Under the pieces are notes generated by a model that made no database searches, was not told where the DNA came from, and saw only the letters and a list, made by a program, of their open reading frames with translations. DNA of 62,261 nucleotides, filler included. It is 6 parts of 6 records of this genome, joined end to end, with 100 filler letters (N's around TTAATTAATTAA, not from the genome) between each part and the next. Parts side by side here need not be neighbours in the genome. Positions count along the whole stretch, not along the records: positions 5,287 to 20,136 come from SRR2962707_1996; 5 more parts are not named here. One strand, 5' to 3'. Made by a program: the position numbers and the translations under genes. Shown here piece by piece: positions 8,352 to 17,712 of the stretch. Positions within the stretch are counted from its first letter, which is position 1, and each line of letters starts with the position of its first letter.

Positions 8352-10763
8352 ATGGTAGGCGCCAACTTGGGAGTAAAGTATCAGGAGCTCAGACAGCAGT
8401 ATGCTCAAAACCTTCCAAGCCGCGCAAAGGAACTGAGAGCTTCCTGGAGCCATTTGCAACATGTCAATTGGGACAAGAAAACACTGTTGCTCATGGATCG
8501 GTGCGCCCACAAGCTGTCGGGCAGCGGAACTACGTTCCAGTTTTCTGCCATCAGCGAAAGTGCACAGGTCCTCGAGAGCCAGTTGCAGCACGTGCTGAAT
8601 AAACCGGTAGCAACTCCCATAGAACGTGACCAGATTGAAGCCTCGCTCCAGGCTCTGGAGCGGGCCATTGACCAGGCTATCAATACCGCCACCCAGAACG
8701 AAACGGCCCCGGCGGCTGTGACTGTCATAAACCATCACCGAATCGCCGTCATCGAGGACGATCGCAACCAGGCGGTTTTTCTGCAGGGTTGGTTGGAACA
8801 ACGGGGCTTTGATGTTGACACGTTCGACACGCCAAACGCCTTTAGCCAACAAACAAACGACTACTACCACTTGATTCTTCTGGACATCAGCTTCCCCGAC
8901 GGCGCTTTGGAGGGAATAACGCTTCTTGACCGCCTCAAGCACCAGGTGGATGCCTGTAGCCCGGTGATCATGATGTCAGCCCGAAATGACATCGTCGCAC
9001 GTATGCGGGCTATGCGGGCCGGCGCGGATGGCTACATCACCAAACCCCTGGATATGGACGCGCTGGAGAAGCGGATCGATCAGCTACTCAGCACCAGTGT
9101 CAGGCAAAGGGTACTTTGGGTGGATGACGACAGCGACCTGCTCGCCTACTATCAAGACTTACTGTTCAATCAAGGTTACGAAGTAGAAGGCCTTTCCCAG
9201 CCCGCGAGAATTCTCGAGCGCATCGAACAGTTCCAACCTGACGCCATCGTGCTGGACCACGAAATGCCGGGAGTTCAAGGTCTGGAACTTGCCCGCGCGC
9301 TGCGCCAGGACCCAAGATATCTCACCATCCCCATCCTGTTTGTGTCAGCGTCGCAGGCAGTGGCCGACCACCTCGAGACGAACAGCATGGCGGGCAATGA
9401 GTTCTTCCAGAAACCACTCGACAATCAACGATTCTTGGCGGCGCTGCATCATCACCTGGCACAGGCTCAACGCATCTCGGCGCGCATCAACCTGGTCAGT
9501 CAACGCAAAGAACGTCAGGGCTTGCAGAACCATGACTTTTTTCTGACCGAACTGGCCTCCTCCCTCGCTTATCTTGAGGCCTCGCCTAACAACCAGGCGC
9601 GGTTTCTGGTCCAGGTGGGAATCGACCGCGAGGAGTACCTGCGCGCACAGCATGGCGCACGCGCACTGGCCAGTTTAACTGCCCGCATGGAGCACCACTT
9701 CGCGGACCAATTGGGTGCCAGGGATTCCGGCTGTCGCCTGGGCGGCGGCAGCTTCCTGTTTCAAATAACCGCGCCTGTAGCCGAGGACGCAAGTGCCTAT
9801 CTGGACCAGTTTCACCAACGCCTGAACAGCCCGGCATGGTCCCTGGGTGAACCGCCGAATTCCGTTACCGTCAGTATGGGCGTATTGCCTCTTACAGAAG
9901 CGGTGAATGAAGACAAGGCCCTGATGGAAGTCGAGCAGGCTTGTTGTGAGGCCATGCAGGCGGACAACGCTCGGGTGGTCTGGCGGCGGGCGCCGGAGCG
10001 TTCCGATCATAGCAAACTGGATGATCGCATTCGGGAACTGCTAGATGCCCAGGCCTTCAAACTGCACTACCAGCCGATCGTGAATATGAACTCCGGAGAT
10101 ACTGTCTTTGAAGCCCTGGTACGGCTAGTGGATGAAGACGATGCCTTGTATCTGCCCGGCCAGTTCTTGCCACAGCTGACAGAGGGAAATCATGGCACCT
10201 TGCATGATCTCGATCGTTGGGTCGTGGAGCACGCGCTTGAGGGACTCTCAGAGCTTTCGGGAAAAGCCGCAGCGGGTTACTCCGTGGCGATCAAACTCGC
10301 GTCCCCCATGGCGGATGTAGCCAGAATGATGCCCTTTCTCAGCAGCGGTATGCGCAACGCGAGCATCAAAGGCAAACGCCGCATTTACCTCGCATTGTCC
10401 AGCCCAACCGTGATCAAAGACGTCGCAAAGGCCAAGCAGGTATTAAACGTGCTGCACGGCATGAACTGTGGTCTTATCATCGAGCACGTTGAGACCGGCC
10501 CGGCATCGATTGAACTGCTGAAAGAGTTGCCGACCGTGGAATTCGTGAAGCTGGCTCCAAAGTATGGCACCAGCGCCGAGCAGACGGCTGAACTGGAAAA
10601 CATGCTTCGCCAGCTTACCGGGGTCTTCGGGTCGAGCCAGCCAATCGTAGCCACCCGGGTCGAAGACGCCAAGGCTCTGACGTGGTTCTGGGACCGTGGC
10701 ATCCGCCATTTTCAGGGGCACTTCATCCAGGCGCCGGAAGTGGCCATGACCTTCGAGCTCTGA
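8352..10763 (+). CDS. Hpt-REC-REC-GGDEF(degenerate)-EAL(degenerate) response regulator
   Basis: AHKLSGSG (Hpt His); LLDISFPD and VLDHEMPG (REC Asp); RLGGGSF in place of GGDEF; YQPIV..FEALVRL. Confidence 0.85.
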   Translation: MVGANLGVKYQELRQQYAQNLPSRAKELRASWSHLQHVNWDKKTLLLMDRCAHKLSGSGTTFQFSAISESAQVLESQLQHVLNKPVATPIERDQIEASLQALERAIDQAINTATQNETAPAAVTVINHHRIAVIEDDRNQAVFLQGWLEQRGFDVDTFDTPNAFSQQTNDYYHLILLDISFPDGALEGITLLDRLKHQVDACSPVIMMSARNDIVARMRAMRAGADGYITKPLDMDALEKRIDQLLSTSVRQRVLWVDDDSDLLAYYQDLLFNQGYEVEGLSQPARILERIEQFQPDAIVLDHEMPGVQGLELARALRQDPRYLTIPILFVSASQAVADHLETNSMAGNEFFQKPLDNQRFLAALHHHLAQAQRISARINLVSQRKERQGLQNHDFFLTELASSLAYLEASPNNQARFLVQVGIDREEYLRAQHGARALASLTARMEHHFADQLGARDSGCRLGGGSFLFQITAPVAEDASAYLDQFHQRLNSPAWSLGEPPNSVTVSMGVLPLTEAVNEDKALMEVEQACCEAMQADNARVVWRRAPERSDHSKLDDRIRELLDAQAFKLHYQPIVNMNSGDTVFEALVRLVDEDDALYLPGQFLPQLTEGNHGTLHDLDRWVVEHALEGLSELSGKAAAGYSVAIKLASPMADVARMMPFLSSGMRNASIKGKRRIYLALSSPTVIKDVAKAKQVLNVLHGMNCGLIIEHVETGPASIELLKELPTVEFVKLAPKYGTSAEQTAELENMLRQLTGVFGSSQPIVATRVEDAKALTWFWDRGIRHFQGHFIQAPEVAMTFEL

Positions 10764-10868
10764 GCATCACGACCTCGTGCGCGCAACCAGGCGCTAACGC
10801 CCCCCGGTTCGGCAGCGTGCACTTCAATCAATTCGATATAGAAGGTCAGGGCTTTACTGGCCATCGGT
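10762..10868 (-). pseudogene. Degenerate second copy of the slyD 3' end
   Basis: 10809-10867 matches 7708-7766 at 50/59 nt by manual alignment; translates PMASKALTFYIELIEVHAA versus PMAGKTLTFDIEVIEVRAA. Confidence 0.8.
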
Positions 10869-10869
10869 T

Positions 10870-12660
10870 TTACACCTCATTCGCCTTACGATAGCTACCC
10901 CGATAATCAAAAATCCGCTCCTGCACCTGCCAATAATGCTTCTGCTTGCGGGCAACAACAAAATCCGGCGCTGGCAACAAGGCCTGGCTCTCAAGTACTT
11001 CCTCCGCCTTGCTGAATGTTTTCGGCGCTCGGCCATTCGCGAAACGCCGCCCGAACAGCTTATTGAAAACGGTGCGCTGGCCAGGCTTGCTGAAATCAAA
11101 CGACTCCCTGAGTTCCTCCCCGTCCTCGCCGTGATAGGTCACTCTCAGCTTGTTTCCATCAACACTGAGTGCAATTCCAGCGCAACGGATCACCATGGCA
11201 TCCTTGAGCTTCAGCGCATCTCTCAGCTGATCATCCGGGTCGATAATGGCTTTCTGGCATCGGTGACAGTTGCGGGCGGCAATATCGTTCTCGCCACCGC
11301 AGTGGGGACACTCCTTGAAGCGAAAACGGTAATCACACTGCTCAAGGCGACCTTTCTGCGAAGCAGGCTCGTCTACGTCCACAGGCTCCAGAAGCCCCTG
11401 ACAACGGCGCCCGTAGTGCTCGATCACACGGCCTTCACTGTCTGTTTTGCCCCAGAAGATATTGGCAAAGCCACAGCCCGGGCAAAACACCTGCACCGGC
11501 TCACTGTCCGGGTTCGGTTTCGGTTCGCCCACCTCCGGATGATGCAGATTCACGTGGTTGCCCGCGTAATCAATCACCAGGCAATCCTGCTTGCCCTCGT
11601 CAAGGCGAAGACCTCGGCCCACGATCTGCTGATACAGGCTGACCGACTGGGTAGGCCGAAGAATGGCAATAACGTCCACATGGGGCGCATCAAAGCCCGT
11701 GGTGAGCACGGATACGTTCACCAAGTACTTCAACTGCCGCTGTTTGAATCGTTGAATCAGCATGTCCCGATCTTTCTGATCGGTCGCGCCAGTTACCAAA
11801 GCGGTCTCATATTCAGGAAGATAACCGGTGATCTCCCTCGCATGCTCCACCGTGGCCGCAAAGATCATCACTCCCTGGCGCTCAGCGGCCAGTTCCATCA
11901 CCTGCTCAATGATCGCGCGGGTCACACGCTTGTGTTTGCTCAGCAGCTGGTTGACGTCCTTCTCGGCATACTCGCCAAAGCGGTCCCGAGCCAGCGCGGA
12001 GAAATCGTATTGCGCCACTGCCGCATTCACCAACTCGGGCCGGGTGAGATACCCCCGATTGATCATATAGCTCAACGGCAGTTCGTAAATGCAGTGCTGA
12101 AAGGGCTTGTCCTGCTCGTCAACAGAGCCACGAACAAAGCCCCGGTAGTGATAACGATAGATCCAGCCCATGGCCAGACGGTAGGGCGTAGCGGTCAGCC
12201 CGAGCACTTTGAGGGCGTCATTCTGTTGCCGTAGCAACTCAATGATGCGTTGATACTGACTGGTTTCATCGCCGCTGACCCGATGACACTCATCGATGAT
12301 GACCAGCGAGTATTCATCCCGGAACTGATCCAGATTCGCCGATACCGACTGCACACTGGCAAACGTCACCTGATGGTGGCTTTCCTTGCGCTTCAGCCCG
12401 GCGGAGAAGATGCCGCCGGCCAACCCATAACTCTGGTATTTGGCGTGATTTTGCTCCACAAGCTCTTTGACGTGGGTCAGCACCAGAATCTTGCGCCGGG
12501 CAAGACGGGCCAGCTCGGCAATGACCAGGCTTTTGCCGGCGCCGGTTGGCAGCACGATGACGGCAGACTCATCGGATCTGCGGAAATGATTCAGCGTGGC
12601 GTCGACGGCTTCCCGTTGGTACGGGCGGAGTTTGAAAGGGGCTCCTGAATACGCAGGCAT
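10870..12660 (-). CDS. radD: SF2 DNA repair helicase RadD (YejH)
   Basis: [35 protein letters not shown]-terminal CxxC zinc motifs. Confidence 0.9.
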   Translation of the reverse strand: MPAYSGAPFKLRPYQREAVDATLNHFRRSDESAVIVLPTGAGKSLVIAELARLARRKILVLTHVKELVEQNHAKYQSYGLAGGIFSAGLKRKESHHQVTFASVQSVSANLDQFRDEYSLVIIDECHRVSGDETSQYQRIIELLRQQNDALKVLGLTATPYRLAMGWIYRYHYRGFVRGSVDEQDKPFQHCIYELPLSYMINRGYLTRPELVNAAVAQYDFSALARDRFGEYAEKDVNQLLSKHKRVTRAIIEQVMELAAERQGVMIFAATVEHAREITGYLPEYETALVTGATDQKDRDMLIQRFKQRQLKYLVNVSVLTTGFDAPHVDVIAILRPTQSVSLYQQIVGRGLRLDEGKQDCLVIDYAGNHVNLHHPEVGEPKPNPDSEPVQVFCPGCGFANIFWGKTDSEGRVIEHYGRRCQGLLEPVDVDEPASQKGRLEQCDYRFRFKECPHCGGENDIAARNCHRCQKAIIDPDDQLRDALKLKDAMVIRCAGIALSVDGNKLRVTYHGEDGEELRESFDFSKPGQRTVFNKLFGRRFANGRAPKTFSKAEEVLESQALLPAPDFVVARKQKHYWQVQERIFDYRGSYRKANEV

Positions 12661-12837
12661 ACTAGAAAAACAGTACCGGAGATAGTGCTTCTCTGATCTC
12701 AACAAAAGCAGGCGATAGCATAAGCCTCACTCCTTAATTGCGACGGTATTTGTCAGTAAGCCGGTCGTATTCGGCGTGGCTGCAAATGTGTTTTACGTAC
12801 ATGCGATTATCACGAAATTCAATGAAGGCAATCAGCC

Positions 12838-13062
12838 TTAAATTGAAAGCCATAACAACAAGCCGGCAACCACGACAAAAAGCACGGCAACATGAACAGC
12901 CAGGTTCTTCCGAGTCGTTGGAGCGGGCTTTCTGGCGAAACGAAAATAGTCGTCACCAAACAGCCCAACGCCGCAGCCCTCACAGTAGTTTTTTGAGTAC
13001 GAAAGCCTCAGCTCGGATGGCTCAAACTTTTTCCGACAGCTGTAGCAACTCGGCTTGATCAT
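12838..13062 (-). CDS. Small zinc-ribbon membrane protein (hypothetical)
   Basis: CYSC...CEGC plus a C-terminal hydrophobic helix; ATGA overlap with the upstream lipoprotein stop. Confidence 0.6.
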   Translation of the reverse strand: MIKPSCYSCRKKFEPSELRLSYSKNYCEGCGVGLFGDDYFRFARKPAPTTRKNLAVHVAVLFVVVAGLLLWLSI

Positions 13063-13511
13063 TCCGGGCTCCGGGCAGAGCCGTGTTCGGTCAACAATCG
13101 GCAACTCCCCACCGCCTGCGCCTGCAGATACTCACAAAACGCCGTCACATCGGAATTTGTGAACTCACTGGAAATGAACTCACCCGGAATCAGCCCTTCA
13201 TCCCATCGAGACGTCACCAAAGTATGGGGATACGCCACATCGTCGCCGGGATAAATCTGCACCACCGCTTGGGTCTGGTGAATATATAGATCGCGAAGTT
13301 CTTTGGCACACCGAAGCGTACTCAGATCATGCCTGGCATCACACTCATAGTCCTTCCCGATGAAGAACTCACTGGCAACGGAAAACAGCGTGTTTTCATC
13401 CAGAGCAGACGACGGCGCCGGATGAATGGTTCTGGCGACATCGCCGGCCATGTTGGTACAGCCGGCGATTAACAACAGCAATGGAATCACCAACACCTGA
13501 ATCTTATTCAC
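13059..13511 (-). CDS. Hypothetical lipoprotein
   Basis: Lipobox LLLIAGC after a probable GTG start at 13511 (start uncertain). Confidence 0.65.
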   Translation of the reverse strand: MNKIQVLVIPLLLLIAGCTNMAGDVARTIHPAPSSALDENTLFSVASEFFIGKDYECDARHDLSTLRCAKELRDLYIHQTQAVVQIYPGDDVAYPHTLVTSRWDEGLIPGEFISSEFTNSDVTAFCEYLQAQAVGSCRLLTEHGSARSPE

Positions 13512-13757
13512 AACAGCGCCTGACCACTTAATTTTTTCGATTGGCATAACGTTTTCTGCAACGGTTTGAGGTAGGCCATTATAGCCAGCAGCGGCACTGA
13601 CTCCAGAAGCCAGCGATCGGAACACCTCGGCTCAACCTGGTGAACAGGAGAGTATGCCGCCCTCTCCAGAGAGAGCCAGGTCTATCGCGGCCATCCACCT
13701 TATGCAACAATGATATAACAATATTCTATTTAGATAACATTGTAAGGAAACAGAACG

Positions 13758-14318
13758 ATGAAAAGGATTTTGGCATGCACCTTTATTTCGGCATTAATGG
13801 TCGGTTGCGGAGGCGGCGGAAGTGGGAGCGATCTGGAAAAAACCAACGAAAATACCACTCCCGGTTCAGGTTCGTCTGACGGGAACGACGATAGCGACCC
13901 CGTGACGCCACCCGATCAAGTCACGGTACTCGAGGGCACCTGGAAGAAACCATGCGGGCACGTGGAGGGCGAAGCACACTACGATATCGTAACGGTCTCT
14001 TTCACCCGCAGCGCATTTGCCACAAGTATCGAGAACTACATCGATAGCGCTTGCACCACCCCGTTACCGGAAGCTCCAAATCCTACCTCATCAGGCAACT
14101 TCACACTGGGTGAAGACGTTTTACTGAGTTCCGGCCTCACCGCTACCGAACTCACGTCGCATGTGACTCAGTTCAATGGCGCCGACTTCGAGATCGACGA
14201 GTACAATGTCGTTTACATCAACAACAATATTCTCTACACAGGAGAAGGCACAACCAGTTCGCCAGACCAGCGGCCAACCAGTCTCGATTATGATCGTCCA
14301 TTCTATCGACTGAACTAG
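13758..14318 (+). CDS. Hypothetical lipoprotein
   Basis: MKRILAC..LMVGC lipobox followed by a Gly/Ser/Asp linker; AAGGA RBS. Confidence 0.75.
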   Translation: MKRILACTFISALMVGCGGGGSGSDLEKTNENTTPGSGSSDGNDDSDPVTPPDQVTVLEGTWKKPCGHVEGEAHYDIVTVSFTRSAFATSIENYIDSACTTPLPEAPNPTSSGNFTLGEDVLLSSGLTATELTSHVTQFNGADFEIDEYNVVYINNNILYTGEGTTSSPDQRPTSLDYDRPFYRLN

Positions 14319-14371
14319 GTTATTTGCCCAGGGGCGGGAATGACTCACCCTGCCCAGCCTGCCCAAGAGAT

Positions 14372-14386
14372 TTTACGAAATTTTAC
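14372..14386 (-). promoter_or_regulatory. CpxR-type binding box (GTAAA-N5-GTAAA)
   Basis: + strand TTTACgaaatTTTAC is the reverse complement of GTAAA-ATTTC-GTAAA; lies about 125 nt upstream of a lipoprotein gene. Confidence 0.55.
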
Positions 14387-14511
14387 TCCGGTTGCCGCTT
14401 CGGTACATAGCAAGCCCACCAACGCTCAGCTACCATGGCCCGCTGCTCTGAGCCCAGGCTCAATGGCAGGCAATACCCCAAAATAATCAAATAAGTAAGA
14501 AGGAACCTACC

Positions 14512-15063
14512 GTGCGAAACGCAAGGATTCTGGCGGTGCTAGCCGCTCTGCTCTACCTCACCGGCTGCGCCTCCGGCGCCAAAATGGGCAACATGGTGTA
14601 CGACGGGCAAGTGAAGCCCTACGACGCGGCCCTGCAAAACAATGTGGATGTCACCAACGTGTCGGGCGGCGAAGAGACCAACCCCGCATGGACCTCCGAG
14701 ATCGACAACAACGCATTCGCTGGTGCTCTGAAGCAAACCCTGCAGAAACAAGGTCTGCTAGCCGGTTCTGGCCGCTATCAGCTTGAAGCGCTCCTGCTGG
14801 AAGTTGACCAACCCGTCTTCGGGCTGGACTTCGAGGTAACCACCCACGTGAAGTACATCCTGACCGACCGTGAAAACAACGGCGCAGTCGTCTTGAATGA
14901 AACGATCACTGCCCCCTACACCGCCACCATTGGCGATGCCTTCGCTGCCATCAAGCGCCTGCGACTGGCCAACGAGGGATCCGGAAAAGCCAACATTCAG
15001 GGCCTGGTTGAGAAACTCTCTGAACTGCAAATCCAGCCCGGCAACATCTCGCTGGCGCAATAA
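14512..15063 (+). CDS. Hypothetical lipoprotein
   Basis: LYLTGC lipobox; AAGGA RBS; coding-like codon usage. Confidence 0.8.
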   Translation: MRNARILAVLAALLYLTGCASGAKMGNMVYDGQVKPYDAALQNNVDVTNVSGGEETNPAWTSEIDNNAFAGALKQTLQKQGLLAGSGRYQLEALLLEVDQPVFGLDFEVTTHVKYILTDRENNGAVVLNETITAPYTATIGDAFAAIKRLRLANEGSGKANIQGLVEKLSELQIQPGNISLAQ

Positions 15064-15429
15064 CTTTCCTGGAATTCAGCACTTCTACAATGCACTTTCT
15101 GGGCATCGACGCCACGCAGAAAGACACCACCGTCCGGGCACTGAACCAGCTTGCCCTGGCGAACGAGAACGACCTTGAACTGGCTAAAACGATCATTGAG
15201 GTTTACGACGTTCAGTAAGGCGCCAAGAGCCACTTTCGAAACCGGGGCAGGCCTATTCTTCAAACCACGAAGATAGATCTGTCCCGGCTCTCTCGATTCA
15301 GAAAATTATACCTGCCTATATCACCGCCCCCACAAGCGTGCTAAAAATCTCCTCCCAGCGATAGCCTGGGCATTCTCCTCGCCAGGTTCTCAGTCTGTCA
15401 GATAAATTATTCTTCAAAGGACGGTGACT

Positions 15430-15870
15430 ATGATTGTATGTGGAGTTGAACTGACGGGCAGCGATGCGGTGGTGTGTTTGCTGAATATGGACAGAGGGCA
15501 GTTCAATCTGCCGGAGTGCAAGGTGCGCAAACTGTCTCTGCCGAAAAACCATAGCCGTGAAGACCTAAAGCGGTTCCAGGCGGCCTTTGCGGAGTTAATG
15601 GCCGAGTACGGGATCACCCGTGTCGCGATCAAGGAGCGGATGCCGAAAGGCAAGTTTGCAGGCGGTGCCATCAGCTTCAAATTGGAAGCGGCCATTCAAC
15701 TGATCACGGATACAGAGTTAACCGTGACCCTGCTACCACCGGCACTAATCAAATCCACCCTGGCATCTAACCCGCTGCCGATTGCGTTTGCCGATACGGG
15801 TTTGAAGGTCTTTCAGGAAGCGGCCTTTATCACTGCTTATGTAGGACAGCTGCATCGTCATTGCACCTGA
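15430..15870 (+). CDS. DUF3010-like protein (RNase H-like fold)
   Basis: MIVCGVEL..IKERMPKGKFAGGAISFKLEAAIQL resembles DUF3010. Confidence 0.75.
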   Translation: MIVCGVELTGSDAVVCLLNMDRGQFNLPECKVRKLSLPKNHSREDLKRFQAAFAELMAEYGITRVAIKERMPKGKFAGGAISFKLEAAIQLITDTELTVTLLPPALIKSTLASNPLPIAFADTGLKVFQEAAFITAYVGQLHRHCT

Positions 15871-15929
15871 CAGTGTGCATCTGGCTGCAAAAGCGACCGT
15901 CCCTGGTCGCTTGCCAAAGTATCAACGAT

Positions 15930-17456
15930 TTATTTCACCAGATGAGATCCGCGATATTCCATATCGCTCTTGAACTTACCAAGGCCTTTACCTTTATCAG
16001 TGCCGTTAACCGCAGAGGTGGTCATGGCGAAGGTCATCACCGAATGGGCGACAGCATCCGACATCTCGTCCAGCGCCTGCAGGCTTATATTATCGAAGGT
16101 GTCACAGGCAAGGTGGTAACAGGGGTCGTATTGATCCCCCGCTGTACCGCCATACAGAGCAGCTTCGTCCGGTGTCTTGATCCCTTCCGCGCCGGTGAAG
16201 AGCCCGCCCGCAGGAATGCCGACCTCGATAAACGGCCCGTAGTCGGAGCGGCCGTCGAATGCCGTGGGCTCAACCGGTAAGGACATCGCTGCGAAGTAAT
16301 CCAGGAAGACACTTTCGATGTTCTTCGAACCGTTCGGGCCTGCCAGCGGGGTATCAGAGCCATCACCGTCGTAAACAAAGCGGACAAAATTCGGTGAACC
16401 TATCATGTCGAAATTCAGGTTCAGCGCAATGTCCTTGATGTCTCGCGGGCTCAACTGATCAACATAGTGTTGTGCACCCAGTAAGCCGGCTTCTTCCGCA
16501 CCCCACCAGGCAAAGCGAACCTGATTTCTCGGGCTGATTTGCTGGTTTGCCATCTGAATCGCAATCTCCAGAATGGCCGCGGAGCCACTGCCGTTATCCT
16601 GGATACCGGGGCCTTCAGCGACGGAGTCAAGGTGGGCGCCCACAACAACAACCCGGTCGTCCCGGCCTGCCGGCGAGTTGGCAATTACGTTTGAGGTGGT
16701 GCGGATTTCCGAGCTGGCGTCTACCACGAGATTCACTTCAACACCGCCGCCGGCAAGCTCAATTCCGACCTCAAATGCGGCCCCCACCACTGGAACAGTA
16801 ATACCGGGGCCACCGAGCGTTCCCAGAAAGTTATCTGTGCGCCCGGGCTGACCTTCATTGAAAATAATGACTCCGCTGGCACCGGCGCTTTCGGCATTCA
16901 GTGCCTTCTGGCCAAATGAACAGGAGCCCCTCTGGATCAGTGCGATGTTGCCGGCAGTAAAACCGGCGAAATCCGTTGCTTCACAGCCACTGGTTGAGGT
17001 GTCGGCCGCCGTTCCGGGTGGTAATGCCAGGTCCACACCCTCGACCACGGCCGTTACATTGCCACTGCCGGAATACGTCATGGTGGCAAAGCCGTCGAGG
17101 CCGAAATACGTGTAGACAGTCGGATTGGGGCTTATCTGCTCCAGAGTGGCGGGTACGTTTTCCTCAAAGAATGGATAGTCAAACTGTTGGATGGTTACGT
17201 CATACCCAACAGAGGTCATCTGGTCGACAACATAGTCCACCGAGGCCTGGTAGCCGGGCGATGAAGCTTCTCGGGTTCCTCCATTGTCGTCTGCTGCTGC
17301 CTGGAAGGCAGCCTGGTGACTGCGAACACCTTCAACAGTAACGGCTTCTCGAAGGGTATAGGTATCAACGCTGGTAGCGGCGAAGACAGGTAAGCCGGTC
17401 GCTGCTGCGACCACTGCAATGGCAAGAGGTGTACGATTAAACCTGATGTTTAACAT
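15930..17456 (-). CDS. Secreted M28 aminopeptidase with PA domain
   Basis: Signal peptide; PA motif IALIQRGSCSFGQKA; GAHLDSV, GIQDNGSG, GAEEAGL, NFDMIG, CYH. Confidence 0.92.
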   Translation of the reverse strand: MLNIRFNRTPLAIAVVAAATGLPVFAATSVDTYTLREAVTVEGVRSHQAAFQAAADDNGGTREASSPGYQASVDYVVDQMTSVGYDVTIQQFDYPFFEENVPATLEQISPNPTVYTYFGLDGFATMTYSGSGNVTAVVEGVDLALPPGTAADTSTSGCEATDFAGFTAGNIALIQRGSCSFGQKALNAESAGASGVIIFNEGQPGRTDNFLGTLGGPGITVPVVGAAFEVGIELAGGGVEVNLVVDASSEIRTTSNVIANSPAGRDDRVVVVGAHLDSVAEGPGIQDNGSGSAAILEIAIQMANQQISPRNQVRFAWWGAEEAGLLGAQHYVDQLSPRDIKDIALNLNFDMIGSPNFVRFVYDGDGSDTPLAGPNGSKNIESVFLDYFAAMSLPVEPTAFDGRSDYGPFIEVGIPAGGLFTGAEGIKTPDEAALYGGTAGDQYDPCYHLACDTFDNISLQALDEMSDAVAHSVMTFAMTTSAVNGTDKGKGLGKFKSDMEYRGSHLVK

Positions 17457-17712
17457 TGTGTAGCTCCTTGCTGCGTTTTTTTATCTTTCCCTGGATACCC
17501 CTCGCGTCTCGTCGCAGAATCAGCTGCGACGAATCAAGCGTATCAGGTTTCTTCCGTTCCGCCAGTTTCAGCCATCAGGCTCAACTATCTTTCAGACAAC
17601 ACGCATAGGAAAAGCCGGACCTGACCCGCAAAATGATTTATGAGGACTAGGCCCCTGGACTTCCTCCAGCAGGTCGGCCTGACCGACAGACGGATCGCAG
17701 ACCTTCCGGCCC

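Noticed and set aside
10936-12234. Long antisense ORFs opposite radD, pepP (51938-53020), the reductase (25019-25954) and panB (20251-21054)
   Set aside because: Expected shadows of GC-rich codon bias opposite well-supported genes.
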